NCBI GenBank assembly: GCA_029936675.1
Contig: JAPYSB010000001.1
Location: 50,669-114,668, forward strand
Direction: 5' to 3'
Source of the DNA: Dehalococcoidia bacterium
GTDB taxonomy: Bacteria; Chloroflexota; Dehalococcoidia; Lucifugimonadales; UBA826
DNA length: 64,000 nucleotides
Every line of letters starts with the position of its first letter. Position 1 is the first letter of the stretch. The position numbers and the translations under genes were made by a program. The notes beneath the pieces are model-generated. The model ran no database searches, had not been told where the DNA came from, and worked only from the letters and a program-made list of their open reading frames with translations. Below are positions 38,187 through 47,506 of the stretch, in pieces.

Positions 38187-39326
38187 TTACTCTTTATGAG
38201 GAGCAACTAAATACTTTTCACCCGTAGCTTGTTTTGCATAGGCTTTAATCGTTTCCGGTTGAAGCATTTCTTCAAAAGATATCTCCTGAGTGTAATGACT
38301 AGCAAAAGTGGTTTTAATTTCTTTAACTACTCGCTCACGCATCTGTTGAAATTTTTCTATGCCAAATTTCCCTATCATTGGAGTTAAAAGCCATCCTCCA
38401 AGTCCCCACTGCATACCAAATGATCTGTTCAGAATTGTAGGTAATTGATCTAGTCCGCCGTAGATATAAACTTGTTTATAGGTATCTGAACCATATCGAC
38501 TATATTCTTTGGTAATTTTGTTCGCAGCTATTTCCATTGCTGAGAGTATTTGCCCTACAAGCCTTCCTTCATTTCCTCCCCCTGTCGCATCAAAACCTAA
38601 AGTAGCGCCAGTTGCTTCTAAAGCATCAACCAAACTCTCCATGAAGTCAGGCTCGCTAGTGTTACATATATGCTTTGCACCAAGATTTTTAAGAAGTTCA
38701 ACTTGTTCAGATTTTCTAACGATATTTACAAGAGGAACGGAATCATCTTTACAGATTTTTACAAGCATTTGTCCTAGATTTGAGGCAGCAGCTGTATGCA
38801 CTATGGCGCTGTGGTTTTCTAGGTTCATAGTTTCAATGAAGCCTAAAGCAGTTAATGGATTTACAAATGAAGAGGCAGCTTCAGAAGAAGTTGTGTTGTC
38901 ATCCATCACCAAACAGCTGGTTGCTGGAACACATCTGTAATGGGAATACATAGCTCCGCCAGCGACACCAACAGTTTTTCCTATAAGTTCTTTTGCATTA
39001 GCGCCAGCATCTTCAATCACTCCACCACCTTCATTGCCTACTTTCATAGATTGACCCATTCTTGGAGTCATTGCTTTCATCAAGCCTTCATGGATTTCCA
39101 TTTTTGCTACCGTATCATCACCTGAACCTGAAACACTCAGGCTATCAAGATTGGCTGCAAAACTTATAAGAAGCCCTAAATCGGATGGATTAATTGGAGA
39201 AGCTTCTACTTTGATCAAAACTTCATTTTCTGAAGGCGTCGGTTTTTCTACGGTAGCAATAGAGATTTCTATATCCCCTTCATTGGTTACAGTTGATCTT
39301 ATTTCTTTTGAAGTTTGCTCTGGCAT
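38187..39326 (-). CDS. Medium-chain dehydrogenase/reductase (quinone-oxidoreductase / enoyl-reductase-like)
   Basis: GroES-like N-terminus (VLIKVEASPINPSD) plus a Rossmann domain (VHTAAASNLG). No structural-Zn Cys cluster is present. Confidence 0.75.
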   Translation of the reverse strand: MPEQTSKEIRSTVTNEGDIEISIATVEKPTPSENEVLIKVEASPINPSDLGLLISFAANLDSLSVSGSGDDTVAKMEIHEGLMKAMTPRMGQSMKVGNEGGGVIEDAGANAKELIGKTVGVAGGAMYSHYRCVPATSCLVMDDNTTSSEAASSFVNPLTALGFIETMNLENHSAIVHTAAASNLGQMLVKICKDDSVPLVNIVRKSEQVELLKNLGAKHICNTSEPDFMESLVDALEATGATLGFDATGGGNEGRLVGQILSAMEIAANKITKEYSRYGSDTYKQVYIYGGLDQLPTILNRSFGMQWGLGGWLLTPMIGKFGIEKFQQMRERVVKEIKTTFASHYTQEISFEEMLQPETIKAYAKQATGEKYLVAPHKE

Positions 39327-39445
39327 TCTTATTTTTCCTTTTCACTCCTTCAACGCATTCTTTAATTACTTAATTCATATAATAAAATTGATGCGAATCA
39401 TGTCATAGTTGAAAACCAGTAGAGCCAATATTTAAAAATCTGTGC

Positions 39446-41116
39446 CTACTCCCACTCAATGGTGCCGGGAGGTTTGCTAGTTATATCGAAAACTACTCTG
39501 TTCACATCAGGAACTTCGTTTGAGATACGACTGGAAATATTAGCCAAAACGTCATAAGGAAGGCGAGCCCAATCGGCAGTCATTGCATCGTCACTTTTCA
39601 CCGCTCTTATAGCTATCACATGGCCGTACGTTCTGAAATCACCTGTAACACCTACTGACCTGGATCCTGTAAGCACTGCAAAAGTCTGCCATAGTTCGTT
39701 GTACAGACCATTTGCTTTTATCTCATCCATCACGATCCAATCAGCAGCCCTCAAAATTTCCAACTTTTCTGATGTCACCTCTCCCATAATTCGAATGGCC
39801 AATCCCGGACCTGGAAAAGGTTGCCTGAAGACCATCTCTTCCGGCAATCCTAATTCCAAGCCAACCTGTCGCACTTCATCTTTGAATAAATATCTTAGCG
39901 GCTCTACAAGCTCCATTTTCATATGCTCAGGAAGACCACCAACATTGTGGTGCGTTTTAATGGTCGCAGAAACAGAGTTGTCACTTGTTTTACTCTCAAT
40001 TACATCTGGATATAATGTTCCCTGAGTCAAAAAATCAACTGTGCCTAATTTTGAGGCTTCTTCGTCAAAAACATTGATGAACTCTTCACCTATTGTCTTT
40101 CTCTTCCTTTCAGGGTCTATTACACCGGCTAGACCGGTAAGAAATCTTTCTGTCGATTCACTATAAATAAAGTTGATATCCATATACTTCTCAAAGGTTT
40201 CCCGTACACGGTCCGGCTCATCTCTTCTCATCAGGCCATTATTTACAAATATGCAAGTTAATTGGTCTCCAACGGCCCTATGAACTAAAGTTGCAGCTAC
40301 TGCGGAATCCACTCCTCCTGAAAGGGCACATATCACTTTACCCTTCCCAACTTGCTCTCTGATCCTGTTAATTGAATCGGATACAAAATTGCCAGGAGTC
40401 CATGTTTGCCCCATATTGCAGGTTTTTGTGAGGAAATTTTCGATAATATTTGAACCTTGCGGAGTGTGAACAACCTCTGGATGAAATTGTATTCCCAAAA
40501 TACCTTTATCGTTGCCGACTACAGCAATTGGAGAATTATCTGTATGGGCCATTGATACAAATCCAGGAGGTAATTCAGTAACCTGATCAGCATGGCTCAT
40601 CCAGACAGACAATGATTGAGGTAATCCCGTAAACAAAGATTCATTTGGTTTGTTTTGATGTAGTACGGCATGCCCGTATTCTTTCTTAGTTGAGGCAGCC
40701 ACTTTACCACCCAATTGATGAACCAAAACCTGCATCCCGTAGCAAATTCCCAAAATTGGTAATCCTGATTCAAAGACCCATAAGGGGGCTAGAGGAGACG
40801 TTTCATCATAAACACTAGCGGGCCCTCCTGAGAGAATGATCCCTTTTGGGTTTAAATCCTCGACAGCGCCCCATTCAGTGTTATGGGCAATGATTTCACA
40901 ATAAACACTACTTTCCCTGACTCTTCTAGCAATTAAGCGGCTATATTGGGATCCAAAGTCTACAATTAAAATAGATTCCCTCTGAGGTGATATTTCACCT
41001 TCCGAGACCAGTCCATATCCTGCTTTCTCTTGAGACATTTCAAGATAAGCTGAAACTTCAAGATCGTCGCTAGAGGTTATACGACGAGTATTATCTAATC
41101 CTTGATCTTCGTTCAT
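39446..41116 (-). CDS. guaA: GMP synthase (glutamine-hydrolysing)
   Basis: GATase domain (ILIVDFGSQYS.LIARRVRE, GICYGMQ, HPEV), ATP-PPase P-loop (SGGVDSAV) and a C-terminal ...PPGTIEWE. The N-terminus runs about 20-45 aa beyond the usual start. The ATG at 41038 is an alternative. Confidence 0.93.
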   Translation of the reverse strand: MNEDQGLDNTRRITSSDDLEVSAYLEMSQEKAGYGLVSEGEISPQRESILIVDFGSQYSRLIARRVRESSVYCEIIAHNTEWGAVEDLNPKGIILSGGPASVYDETSPLAPLWVFESGLPILGICYGMQVLVHQLGGKVAASTKKEYGHAVLHQNKPNESLFTGLPQSLSVWMSHADQVTELPPGFVSMAHTDNSPIAVVGNDKGILGIQFHPEVVHTPQGSNIIENFLTKTCNMGQTWTPGNFVSDSINRIREQVGKGKVICALSGGVDSAVAATLVHRAVGDQLTCIFVNNGLMRRDEPDRVRETFEKYMDINFIYSESTERFLTGLAGVIDPERKRKTIGEEFINVFDEEASKLGTVDFLTQGTLYPDVIESKTSDNSVSATIKTHHNVGGLPEHMKMELVEPLRYLFKDEVRQVGLELGLPEEMVFRQPFPGPGLAIRIMGEVTSEKLEILRAADWIVMDEIKANGLYNELWQTFAVLTGSRSVGVTGDFRTYGHVIAIRAVKSDDAMTADWARLPYDVLANISSRISNEVPDVNRVVFDITSKPPGTIEWE

Positions 41117-41806
41117 AATTGTGTCCTAAACGCCTATGTTATACTCGCCCAAAGTCAGCTCACAGGTGCAGCCATAACCACAGTATTACCCGCAAATAAA
41201 GATTCTTTGGAACATGCTGCTAATATACTATTGGAAGGCGGTGTTGTCTGCATACCCACTGATACCGTATATGGAATTGCGGGTATAGCTACAGACTCGA
41301 TAGCAGTCTCAAAAGTGTTCGAGGTAAAACAAAGAGACCCCACCATAGCACTTCCAATTTTTATCAAAGATTTATTTTCTCTGAACAATTTATCGGAATT
41401 TGTCCCTCCTATAGCCAAAGTTTTAGCCTCCAATTTCTGGCCCGGACCGCTGACAATGGTATTAGAAAAATCCAACTGCATACCCGATGTGACTACAGGA
41501 GGCTTGAAAACTGCCGGGTTCCGTATACCTAACCATCAGATAGCAGTAAAACTATGTGAAGAAACAGGTAAACCCATTACTGGCACCAGTGCTAATATCA
41601 GTGGCCAAAAAGCAGCCACCACAGCAGATGAGGCCCTACGCCAATTTAATGGTTCATCTCTAGACCTAATTCTCGATGGTGGTACATCTACATCGTCACT
41701 GCCTTCCACTATAGTCCATTTTGAAGACAATGAGGTTAAACTGATAAGGGAAGGTGCTATAACTATGTCTGACATACAGAAACTGGTCGGTAAAAAGAGG
41801 GGTTAG
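41102..41806 (+). CDS. tsaC: L-threonylcarbamoyladenylate synthase (YrdC/TsaC type)
   Basis: Motifs GGVVCIPTDTVYGIAG, FWPGPLT, R.P.H and TSAN.SG. The track start is a TTG overlapping guaA by 15 nt. The true start is probably further downstream, and there is no in-frame ATG before the domain. Confidence 0.8.
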   Translation: MIFVHNCVLNAYVILAQSQLTGAAITTVLPANKDSLEHAANILLEGGVVCIPTDTVYGIAGIATDSIAVSKVFEVKQRDPTIALPIFIKDLFSLNNLSEFVPPIAKVLASNFWPGPLTMVLEKSNCIPDVTTGGLKTAGFRIPNHQIAVKLCEETGKPITGTSANISGQKAATTADEALRQFNGSSLDLILDGGTSTSSLPSTIVHFEDNEVKLIREGAITMSDIQKLVGKKRG

Positions 41807-41812
41807 TCCCAT

Positions 41813-42799
41813 ATGGAACCAGTAGATCAAATACAAGCGGAAATTGATCGCTTGATGAAAGATTATTTGGATTCAAAGTCTTTACCGCTCTATGACATGC
41901 TGTCATACCACCTAGGAATCCATGGTTTAGACCCTGGCCTCACTATCTCAGAACGGGCCCATGGAATATTGCTACAAATCGCCGTGGAAACTCTGGGAAG
42001 GAACCCTTTACTGACTTTACCCGCTGCCATGTCTATAGAGATGGTTAACGCATTTTGTGAAATACATGACGACGTGCAGTCTGGAAACCCTACTCGGAAT
42101 GGGCAAGATTCCCTTTGGTGGGTTTGGGGCCCAGCGCAGGCTATTAATGCCGGAGATGGAATGCATTCCATAGCTAGAATATCTCTTTTGAACTTAGATA
42201 GGCAGCATTTTTCGGATCGAACCTCTCATGCAGCATTGTCTTTTCTAGACAAAGGGGCCTTGGTGACATTTGAGGGCCGATATAGAGACTTGGAAATGCA
42301 AGAAAGAATAGATACTTCTGTAACAGCCTATCTCGAAATGGCCGGTCAAAAAACAGGAGCTCTGTACGGTTCTGCGCTATCAATGGCAGCAGAGTTATCT
42401 GGGCTCAGTTCCAAAGCCTGTGAAGGTTTGTTTCAGGCAGGTAACTTGATTGGGCAAGCGAAGCAAATAAAATTAGATATGAATCAGATTTGGGGCTCCG
42501 ATTCAAACCAAAAAATAGATTTTTTGAACAAGAAAAAATTATTTCCTGTTATTGCTGCTTTGGAAAAAGCTACACCTTCTCAGAAAAGAAAATTAGGTGA
42601 CGTCTATTTTAAACGAGTTCTTGAGGATTCTGACCTTGATGCGGTGCTTGATGTCCTTAGTGATCTGGGAGGGAAAGAGCCATCGGAACTGCGATATATA
42701 AACGCCAAAGACGAGGCTTTATTCATCGTAAAGAAAAATTTCCCAAATAACCGTGCAAGGAACCTAGTCGATTATTTAGAAAAAATTCTTGAGGAATGA
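41813..42799 (+). CDS. Polyprenyl-diphosphate-synthase-like protein with degenerate Asp-rich motifs
   Basis: Colinear with trans-isoprenyl diphosphate synthases (EIHDD....R.G, AGDGM, KTGAL). However, motif 1 reads DDVQS (42068-42082) and motif 2 reads KLDMNQ, instead of DDxxD in both. Confidence 0.7.
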   Translation: MEPVDQIQAEIDRLMKDYLDSKSLPLYDMLSYHLGIHGLDPGLTISERAHGILLQIAVETLGRNPLLTLPAAMSIEMVNAFCEIHDDVQSGNPTRNGQDSLWWVWGPAQAINAGDGMHSIARISLLNLDRQHFSDRTSHAALSFLDKGALVTFEGRYRDLEMQERIDTSVTAYLEMAGQKTGALYGSALSMAAELSGLSSKACEGLFQAGNLIGQAKQIKLDMNQIWGSDSNQKIDFLNKKKLFPVIAALEKATPSQKRKLGDVYFKRVLEDSDLDAVLDVLSDLGGKEPSELRYINAKDEALFIVKKNFPNNRARNLVDYLEKILEE

Positions 42800-42802
42800 A
42801 AA

Positions 42803-44002
42803 ATGACCTCCAGACTAAGCATTGAAGATGTTGAAATATCTGGCCGAAGGGTTTTAGTGAGAGTTGACTACAATGTCCCTTTCCAGGAAGGGACTAGCGT
42901 CATATCAGACGACACACGCATCAAGGCTTCAATACCAACTTTAAGACATTTAATAGACGAAGGTTGTTCATTGGTATTGTGCTCCCATCTAGGACGCCCC
43001 AAAGGTAAACGATATCCTGAATTATCTTTAAAGCCAATCGCAAAAAGATTAGGTGAAATCCTGGAACAAGAGATACAGTTTGTTGAAGATTGCGTATCGG
43101 AAGCAGCAGCAACTGCTGCCTTGAAGTTAGGTAAGGGTGAAATTCTACTATTAGAAAATTTGCGGTTTCATAGAGAGGAAGAAGATAACAACCTTGCTTT
43201 TGCAAAGCAGTTATCAGAATTAGCCGAAGTTTTCATAAACGATGCCTTTGGTACGGCTCACCGTGCCCATGCCTCTATTTCGGGTATAACAAAATTCTTG
43301 CCTTCATATGCAGGTCTTCTTTTAAACAAAGAGGTCAATTACTTAGAAAATGCTCTAGAAAACCCCGAATTACCCTTCACGGCTATACTCGGAGGAGCGA
43401 AGGTATCAGACAAAATTAAAGTCATCGATCGCCTAACGAAGATAGCAAACAACATTTGTATTGGAGGTGGAATGGCTGCCACCTTTTTGGCAGCCTCAAA
43501 TAAAGGAATCGGAAATTCATCAATTGAAGCTGATTTTATTAACCAGGCTCAGACCTTGTTAAATAGAAATGATTCAAACAACGTGAATTTAATTTTGCCT
43601 AATGATGTGGTGGTGGTTAAAACTTTCCAAAAGGATTCCGATTTCCTTGCAAAATCGGTTGGTGATTTGGACGATGACGACATTATTGTTGATATAGGCC
43701 CGGTCACCGCGGATTATTACTCATCCATTATTCAAAAAAGTAAAACGATTCTTTGGAATGGACCCATGGGAGTATATGAATGGGAAAAAGCCAGCGCCGG
43801 CACGCATTCAGTGGCAAAGGCATTGGCAAATGGGAGTATGTTATCGATAATTGGTGGAGGTTCAACGGTAGATGCTGTGAATTTTTTCGGTCTCCAAGCC
43901 CAGATGACGCATGTATCTACTGGTGGTGGAGCATCTCTAGAACTATTAGAAGGTAGAGAACTACCGGGAGTTGCTTCGCTACGTGAAAAAACAAAGGGTT
44001 AA
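42803..44002 (+). CDS. pgk: Phosphoglycerate kinase
   Basis: Motifs RVDYNVP, SHLGRPKG, FGTAHRAHAS, GGAKVSDKI and STGGGASLE. Confidence 0.95.
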   Translation: MTSRLSIEDVEISGRRVLVRVDYNVPFQEGTSVISDDTRIKASIPTLRHLIDEGCSLVLCSHLGRPKGKRYPELSLKPIAKRLGEILEQEIQFVEDCVSEAAATAALKLGKGEILLLENLRFHREEEDNNLAFAKQLSELAEVFINDAFGTAHRAHASISGITKFLPSYAGLLLNKEVNYLENALENPELPFTAILGGAKVSDKIKVIDRLTKIANNICIGGGMAATFLAASNKGIGNSSIEADFINQAQTLLNRNDSNNVNLILPNDVVVVKTFQKDSDFLAKSVGDLDDDDIIVDIGPVTADYYSSIIQKSKTILWNGPMGVYEWEKASAGTHSVAKALANGSMLSIIGGGSTVDAVNFFGLQAQMTHVSTGGGASLELLEGRELPGVASLREKTKG

Positions 44003-44008
44003 AGAATT

Positions 44009-45220
44009 ATGATCGATTTCCAATATTTATCTAGTATCAGGAAACAAACTGCCTCCAAAATCGTCATGATAGTTGTCGATGGCCTGGGTGGAATGACAAA
44101 TCCTTCAACCGGCCAATCTGAATTAGAAGCTGCCGTATTGCCAAACCTTGACAGGCTGGCTGCTAATAGTTCCTGCGGAGTAAGCACTCCGGTTCTTCCC
44201 GGTATAACCCCTGGCAGTGGTCCCGGGCACATGGCTTTGTTTGGATATAACCCTATTAAGTATCTCTTGGGCCGAGGGGTGCTGGAAGGGTTAGGAATTG
44301 GGGCTCCCATAGGGAAGGGAGACGTAGCCGCGAGAGGGAATTTTTGCCTTTTAGGCGATGATGGGAAAATTTTGGATCGACGTGCAGGCAGAATTACAAC
44401 CAAAGAGTGCGTGGAATTAGTAGAGTTACTCAAGCAAATTGAGATTCCAGGATTGGGAATCGAAATATATCCCGTTATGGATTACAGGTTTGTTTTGGTT
44501 TTCAAGGGAGAAGCCTCTTCTCCTAATGTTTCAGAAACCGATCCTCAAATTACAGGTGTTGCCCCTTTGGTCTCGAACCCAACCTCTGATGGAGGGACTG
44601 GGACAGCCTTGGCAGTTAATCTTTTTACCCAAAGAAGTATGGAAATTCTCAAGGAACACAAAGGAAGTGCGAACGGCATCTTACTACGCGGTTTCTCAAA
44701 TATCCCTGAATTGCCACATTTCGGCTCATCATATGCCCTGAATCCTGCAGCGATAGCCGCCTACCCTATGTATAGAGGAGTTGCCGGCCTTTTGGGTATG
44801 GAAGTACTAAACTCGAAGCAAACTTTTGAGGATGAAATCAAGACCTTAGAAATGAATTTTTCTAAAGGTTACGATTATTTTTTCCTGCATTACAAACCTG
44901 CCGATAGTGCAGGGGAGGACGGAAATTTTAGCCAAAAAGTGGCTATGCTTGAGGAATTCGATAAAAAACTTGAACGGATTGTCCAATTAGAACCTGACGT
45001 GATAGTGATATGTGGAGACCATTCAACGCCATCTTATATTTCTTCTCACAGCTGGCACCCTGTACCTTTTTTGATCAACTCCAACTTATCCCAAGGTAAG
45101 GTTGGGGGCCAGTTCACGGAAAACAGCTGTCGGGAAGGCACAATAGGGGATATCAGGGCCGAAGAACTTATGCTATTGGTTCTATCCCATGCAGGAAAAC
45201 TTAACAAATTCGGCCCATAG
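44009..45220 (+). CDS. apgM: Cofactor-independent phosphoglycerate mutase, archaeal type
   Basis: VVDGLGG....G.SELE.A..PNLDRLA, PG..PGSGPGH.ALFGYNP and a C-terminal GDHSTP...H. 403 aa. Confidence 0.85.
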   Translation: MIDFQYLSSIRKQTASKIVMIVVDGLGGMTNPSTGQSELEAAVLPNLDRLAANSSCGVSTPVLPGITPGSGPGHMALFGYNPIKYLLGRGVLEGLGIGAPIGKGDVAARGNFCLLGDDGKILDRRAGRITTKECVELVELLKQIEIPGLGIEIYPVMDYRFVLVFKGEASSPNVSETDPQITGVAPLVSNPTSDGGTGTALAVNLFTQRSMEILKEHKGSANGILLRGFSNIPELPHFGSSYALNPAAIAAYPMYRGVAGLLGMEVLNSKQTFEDEIKTLEMNFSKGYDYFFLHYKPADSAGEDGNFSQKVAMLEEFDKKLERIVQLEPDVIVICGDHSTPSYISSHSWHPVPFLINSNLSQGKVGGQFTENSCREGTIGDIRAEELMLLVLSHAGKLNKFGP

Positions 45221-45762
45221 TACATTTCATCATCTGCTATTCTGTCTGAGACACAGCCAAATCCACACATAATAAACCTTTATTAAACATTAATTTATTC
45301 GCATTTTATTTAAAATACCAAATAATGTTCCTTATTGATAATTTTGTCGTATTATTGGCATATTCCCAGTATGTCAAAGCAAATAACTCCTCACATTTAC
45401 CTGATATTCAACTCACAAAGCACCAAAAATCGACTTATTCCCATGATCACCAGGAATAAATGTAATTATAGAGCTAAGTTTCTTTAAAGCACCAGATTTT
45501 TATCTAACTAACCCATCACATGAATATCCTATGCAAAATCCCTATGTCAAAGTATATAATGCACTTATATTAAACAAAACTAAACAATAATTTCTTCTTA
45601 AATTACTGTTTCGCAAATACAAGGTAAAAAATCTCCAAACTATAAAACATCGAAAACAGAAAGCAGAAAATAGCAGAAATAATGTCTTTTGATGAATTAT
45701 TTAGTAGGATGTAAATAGAGGATTTTGAATGACATCATACAAATCATAAAATATTATAATAT
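45221..45762. other. Visibly AT-rich non-coding gap of about 540 bp between apgM and tpiA
   Basis: The track shows no ORF of 60 aa or more wholly inside the gap, in any frame; two spurious minus-strand ORFs (45046-45270, 45744-46004) only clip its edges. The gap contains a 7-bp inverted repeat, TTATTCC (45435-45441) / GGAATAA (45453-45459), and two short duplicated words. Confidence 0.5.
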
Positions 45763-46518
45763 ATGTATATATTAGCCAATTGGAAAAACTCTCTTTCCTC
45801 GGAAAACAGTAAAAGATTAGCAGAATCACTGCATACTCGTATTATTGGAAAATATTTCAATATTAATATTGTTTTATTTCCAGATAATATCTCAATTGAA
45901 GCAGTATCCTTAATGTTCGATTCGGCATCTATGGTTAGGGTAGGTGCCCAAGACGGCCCATTGGGACCAAAAACCACTCTTACCGGTTCTATATCCTTGT
46001 CCAACTTCGGTAAGTTTTGTGCCTATGTACTGCTCGGGCATTCTGAAAGGCGAATGTTGCTTGGTGAGACCGATGAGATGATTGCCCAAAAAGCAGCTTT
46101 AGCAATCGATGTTGGTGTAATCCCCGTCATCTGTGTGAACAAAGGAGATGGCACGAAAATTGATCCCCATTTCGGTCTCAAGGCTCAACTAGAGTCGATA
46201 CTCGACCACATAGATAGTAAAAGCAAATTTGTGATCGCCTACGAACCAATTGACGCCATTGGTACAGGTATTCCTGCTGATCCCGAAGAGGTAAAAAATA
46301 TCGCTGGTATTATTCATGAAACGATTTTTATATCTAGGAATGTGAAGAGCTCTCCATACATCCCAGTGCTGTATGGAGGTAGTGTGAATGATAAGAACAT
46401 AAAGTCATTTTTGTCATTAGAAGGAATAGATGGGGTTCTAGTTGGTAGTGCTAGCCTCACAGCCGACAGCTTTCTAAGGATTATAAAGAAAGTCTCAGAT
46501 CCCAAACATTATAAATGA
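45763..46518 (+). CDS. tpiA: Triosephosphate isomerase
   Basis: Motifs ANWK (catalytic Lys), LGHSERR (His) and AYEP.DAIGTG (Glu). 251 aa. Confidence 0.9.
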   Translation: MYILANWKNSLSSENSKRLAESLHTRIIGKYFNINIVLFPDNISIEAVSLMFDSASMVRVGAQDGPLGPKTTLTGSISLSNFGKFCAYVLLGHSERRMLLGETDEMIAQKAALAIDVGVIPVICVNKGDGTKIDPHFGLKAQLESILDHIDSKSKFVIAYEPIDAIGTGIPADPEEVKNIAGIIHETIFISRNVKSSPYIPVLYGGSVNDKNIKSFLSLEGIDGVLVGSASLTADSFLRIIKKVSDPKHYK

Positions 46519-47423
46519 TAGTAATACTAGGGCCTACAGGTACGGGAAAAAGCGAGGTTGGTATCAATCTCGCCCATCAAATCGGCGGTGAGATTATCAA
46601 CGCCGATAGTCGCCAAGTATATAGAGGAATGACTATTGGAACAGCCAAGCCCAACCTAGCAAATACGAAATCTGTTCCCCATCACTTATTTGATTGTAAG
46701 GACCCTGATGAAAATTTTAGTGTCTTTGATTTCAAGGTTCTGGTATCTGATGCTGCATGCGAGATACAGTCCCGAGGAAAAACCCCAATCCTCGTTGGAG
46801 GAACAGGCCAATACCTAATAGCCCTTTTGGAGAACTGGACGTTAGATGGTGGTCCACCAAACCCACAGCTTAGAGAACATCTGTCTGATCGCTTATCTAG
46901 AATAGGTTTGGGGAATTTAGTAGAAGAACTAACCCGTACCTCTCCAGATTTGGCCAACTCTATCGATCTGCATAATCCAAGAAGGGTTATACGGGCCTTG
47001 GAGAAAACCCACAACTCTGGCAGTTATACCAAAACCTCATTGGAAAACGGCTTTCAGGGCCTAGCAAAAGTGCCTGTATTTGGTATTCAGATGCCAAGAA
47101 ATCGGCTATATCCGCAAGTTGATTGTAGGGCAGACAAAATGATTAGACATGGATGGATCCCCGAAACCCAAAAATTACTAGACTCCGGTTACGGTACCAA
47201 CCTTTCGGCTATGGGTGGTATTGGATATAAAGAAATATCGGAATACCTCCTTGGAAATTCAACCTGGACATTTTGTATATCGAAAATAAAATCACGTACC
47301 CACCGACTTATACGCACCCAGAGTAATTGGTTCCGTAGAATTGACAGATCTGTCACCTGGTTTGATTCACATGAGTTGAACCCTGTAGAAATATCCGGTC
47401 AAATATCACGTTTGATGAAATAA
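46515..47423 (+). CDS. miaA: tRNA dimethylallyltransferase
   Basis: P-loop ILGPTGTGKS, then INADS.QVYRGM.IGTAKP. It overlaps the tpiA stop by 4 nt. Confidence 0.92.
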   Translation: MIVILGPTGTGKSEVGINLAHQIGGEIINADSRQVYRGMTIGTAKPNLANTKSVPHHLFDCKDPDENFSVFDFKVLVSDAACEIQSRGKTPILVGGTGQYLIALLENWTLDGGPPNPQLREHLSDRLSRIGLGNLVEELTRTSPDLANSIDLHNPRRVIRALEKTHNSGSYTKTSLENGFQGLAKVPVFGIQMPRNRLYPQVDCRADKMIRHGWIPETQKLLDSGYGTNLSAMGGIGYKEISEYLLGNSTWTFCISKIKSRTHRLIRTQSNWFRRIDRSVTWFDSHELNPVEISGQISRLMK

Positions 47424-47506
47424 ACCATTTACTCATGCCTGTGAAGTCCATTCAATGTTAGAATTCCTAGCACCAAATCCAACAACTAATTAGGTACGAG
47501 CTAGAT

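Noticed and set aside
43999-44741. 144-aa (minus) and 100-aa (plus, out-of-frame) ORFs overlapping apgM
   Set aside because: Both lie inside or antisense to a gene with strong family motifs. Their Pro/Ser-rich composition is typical of shadow frames. The same reasoning applies to the other internal ORFs in the track, for example 767-1180, 6830-7237, 8601-9002, 15579-16013, 38509-38940 and 56338-56802.
45370-45552. Duplicated 9-10-nt words in the AT-rich gap, considered as evidence of a repeat element or array
   Set aside because: There are only two copies of each, they are short, and the sequence is low-complexity AT-rich, so chance is plausible. There is no regular spacing of the CRISPR or tandem-repeat kind. 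They are mentioned only within the gap finding.
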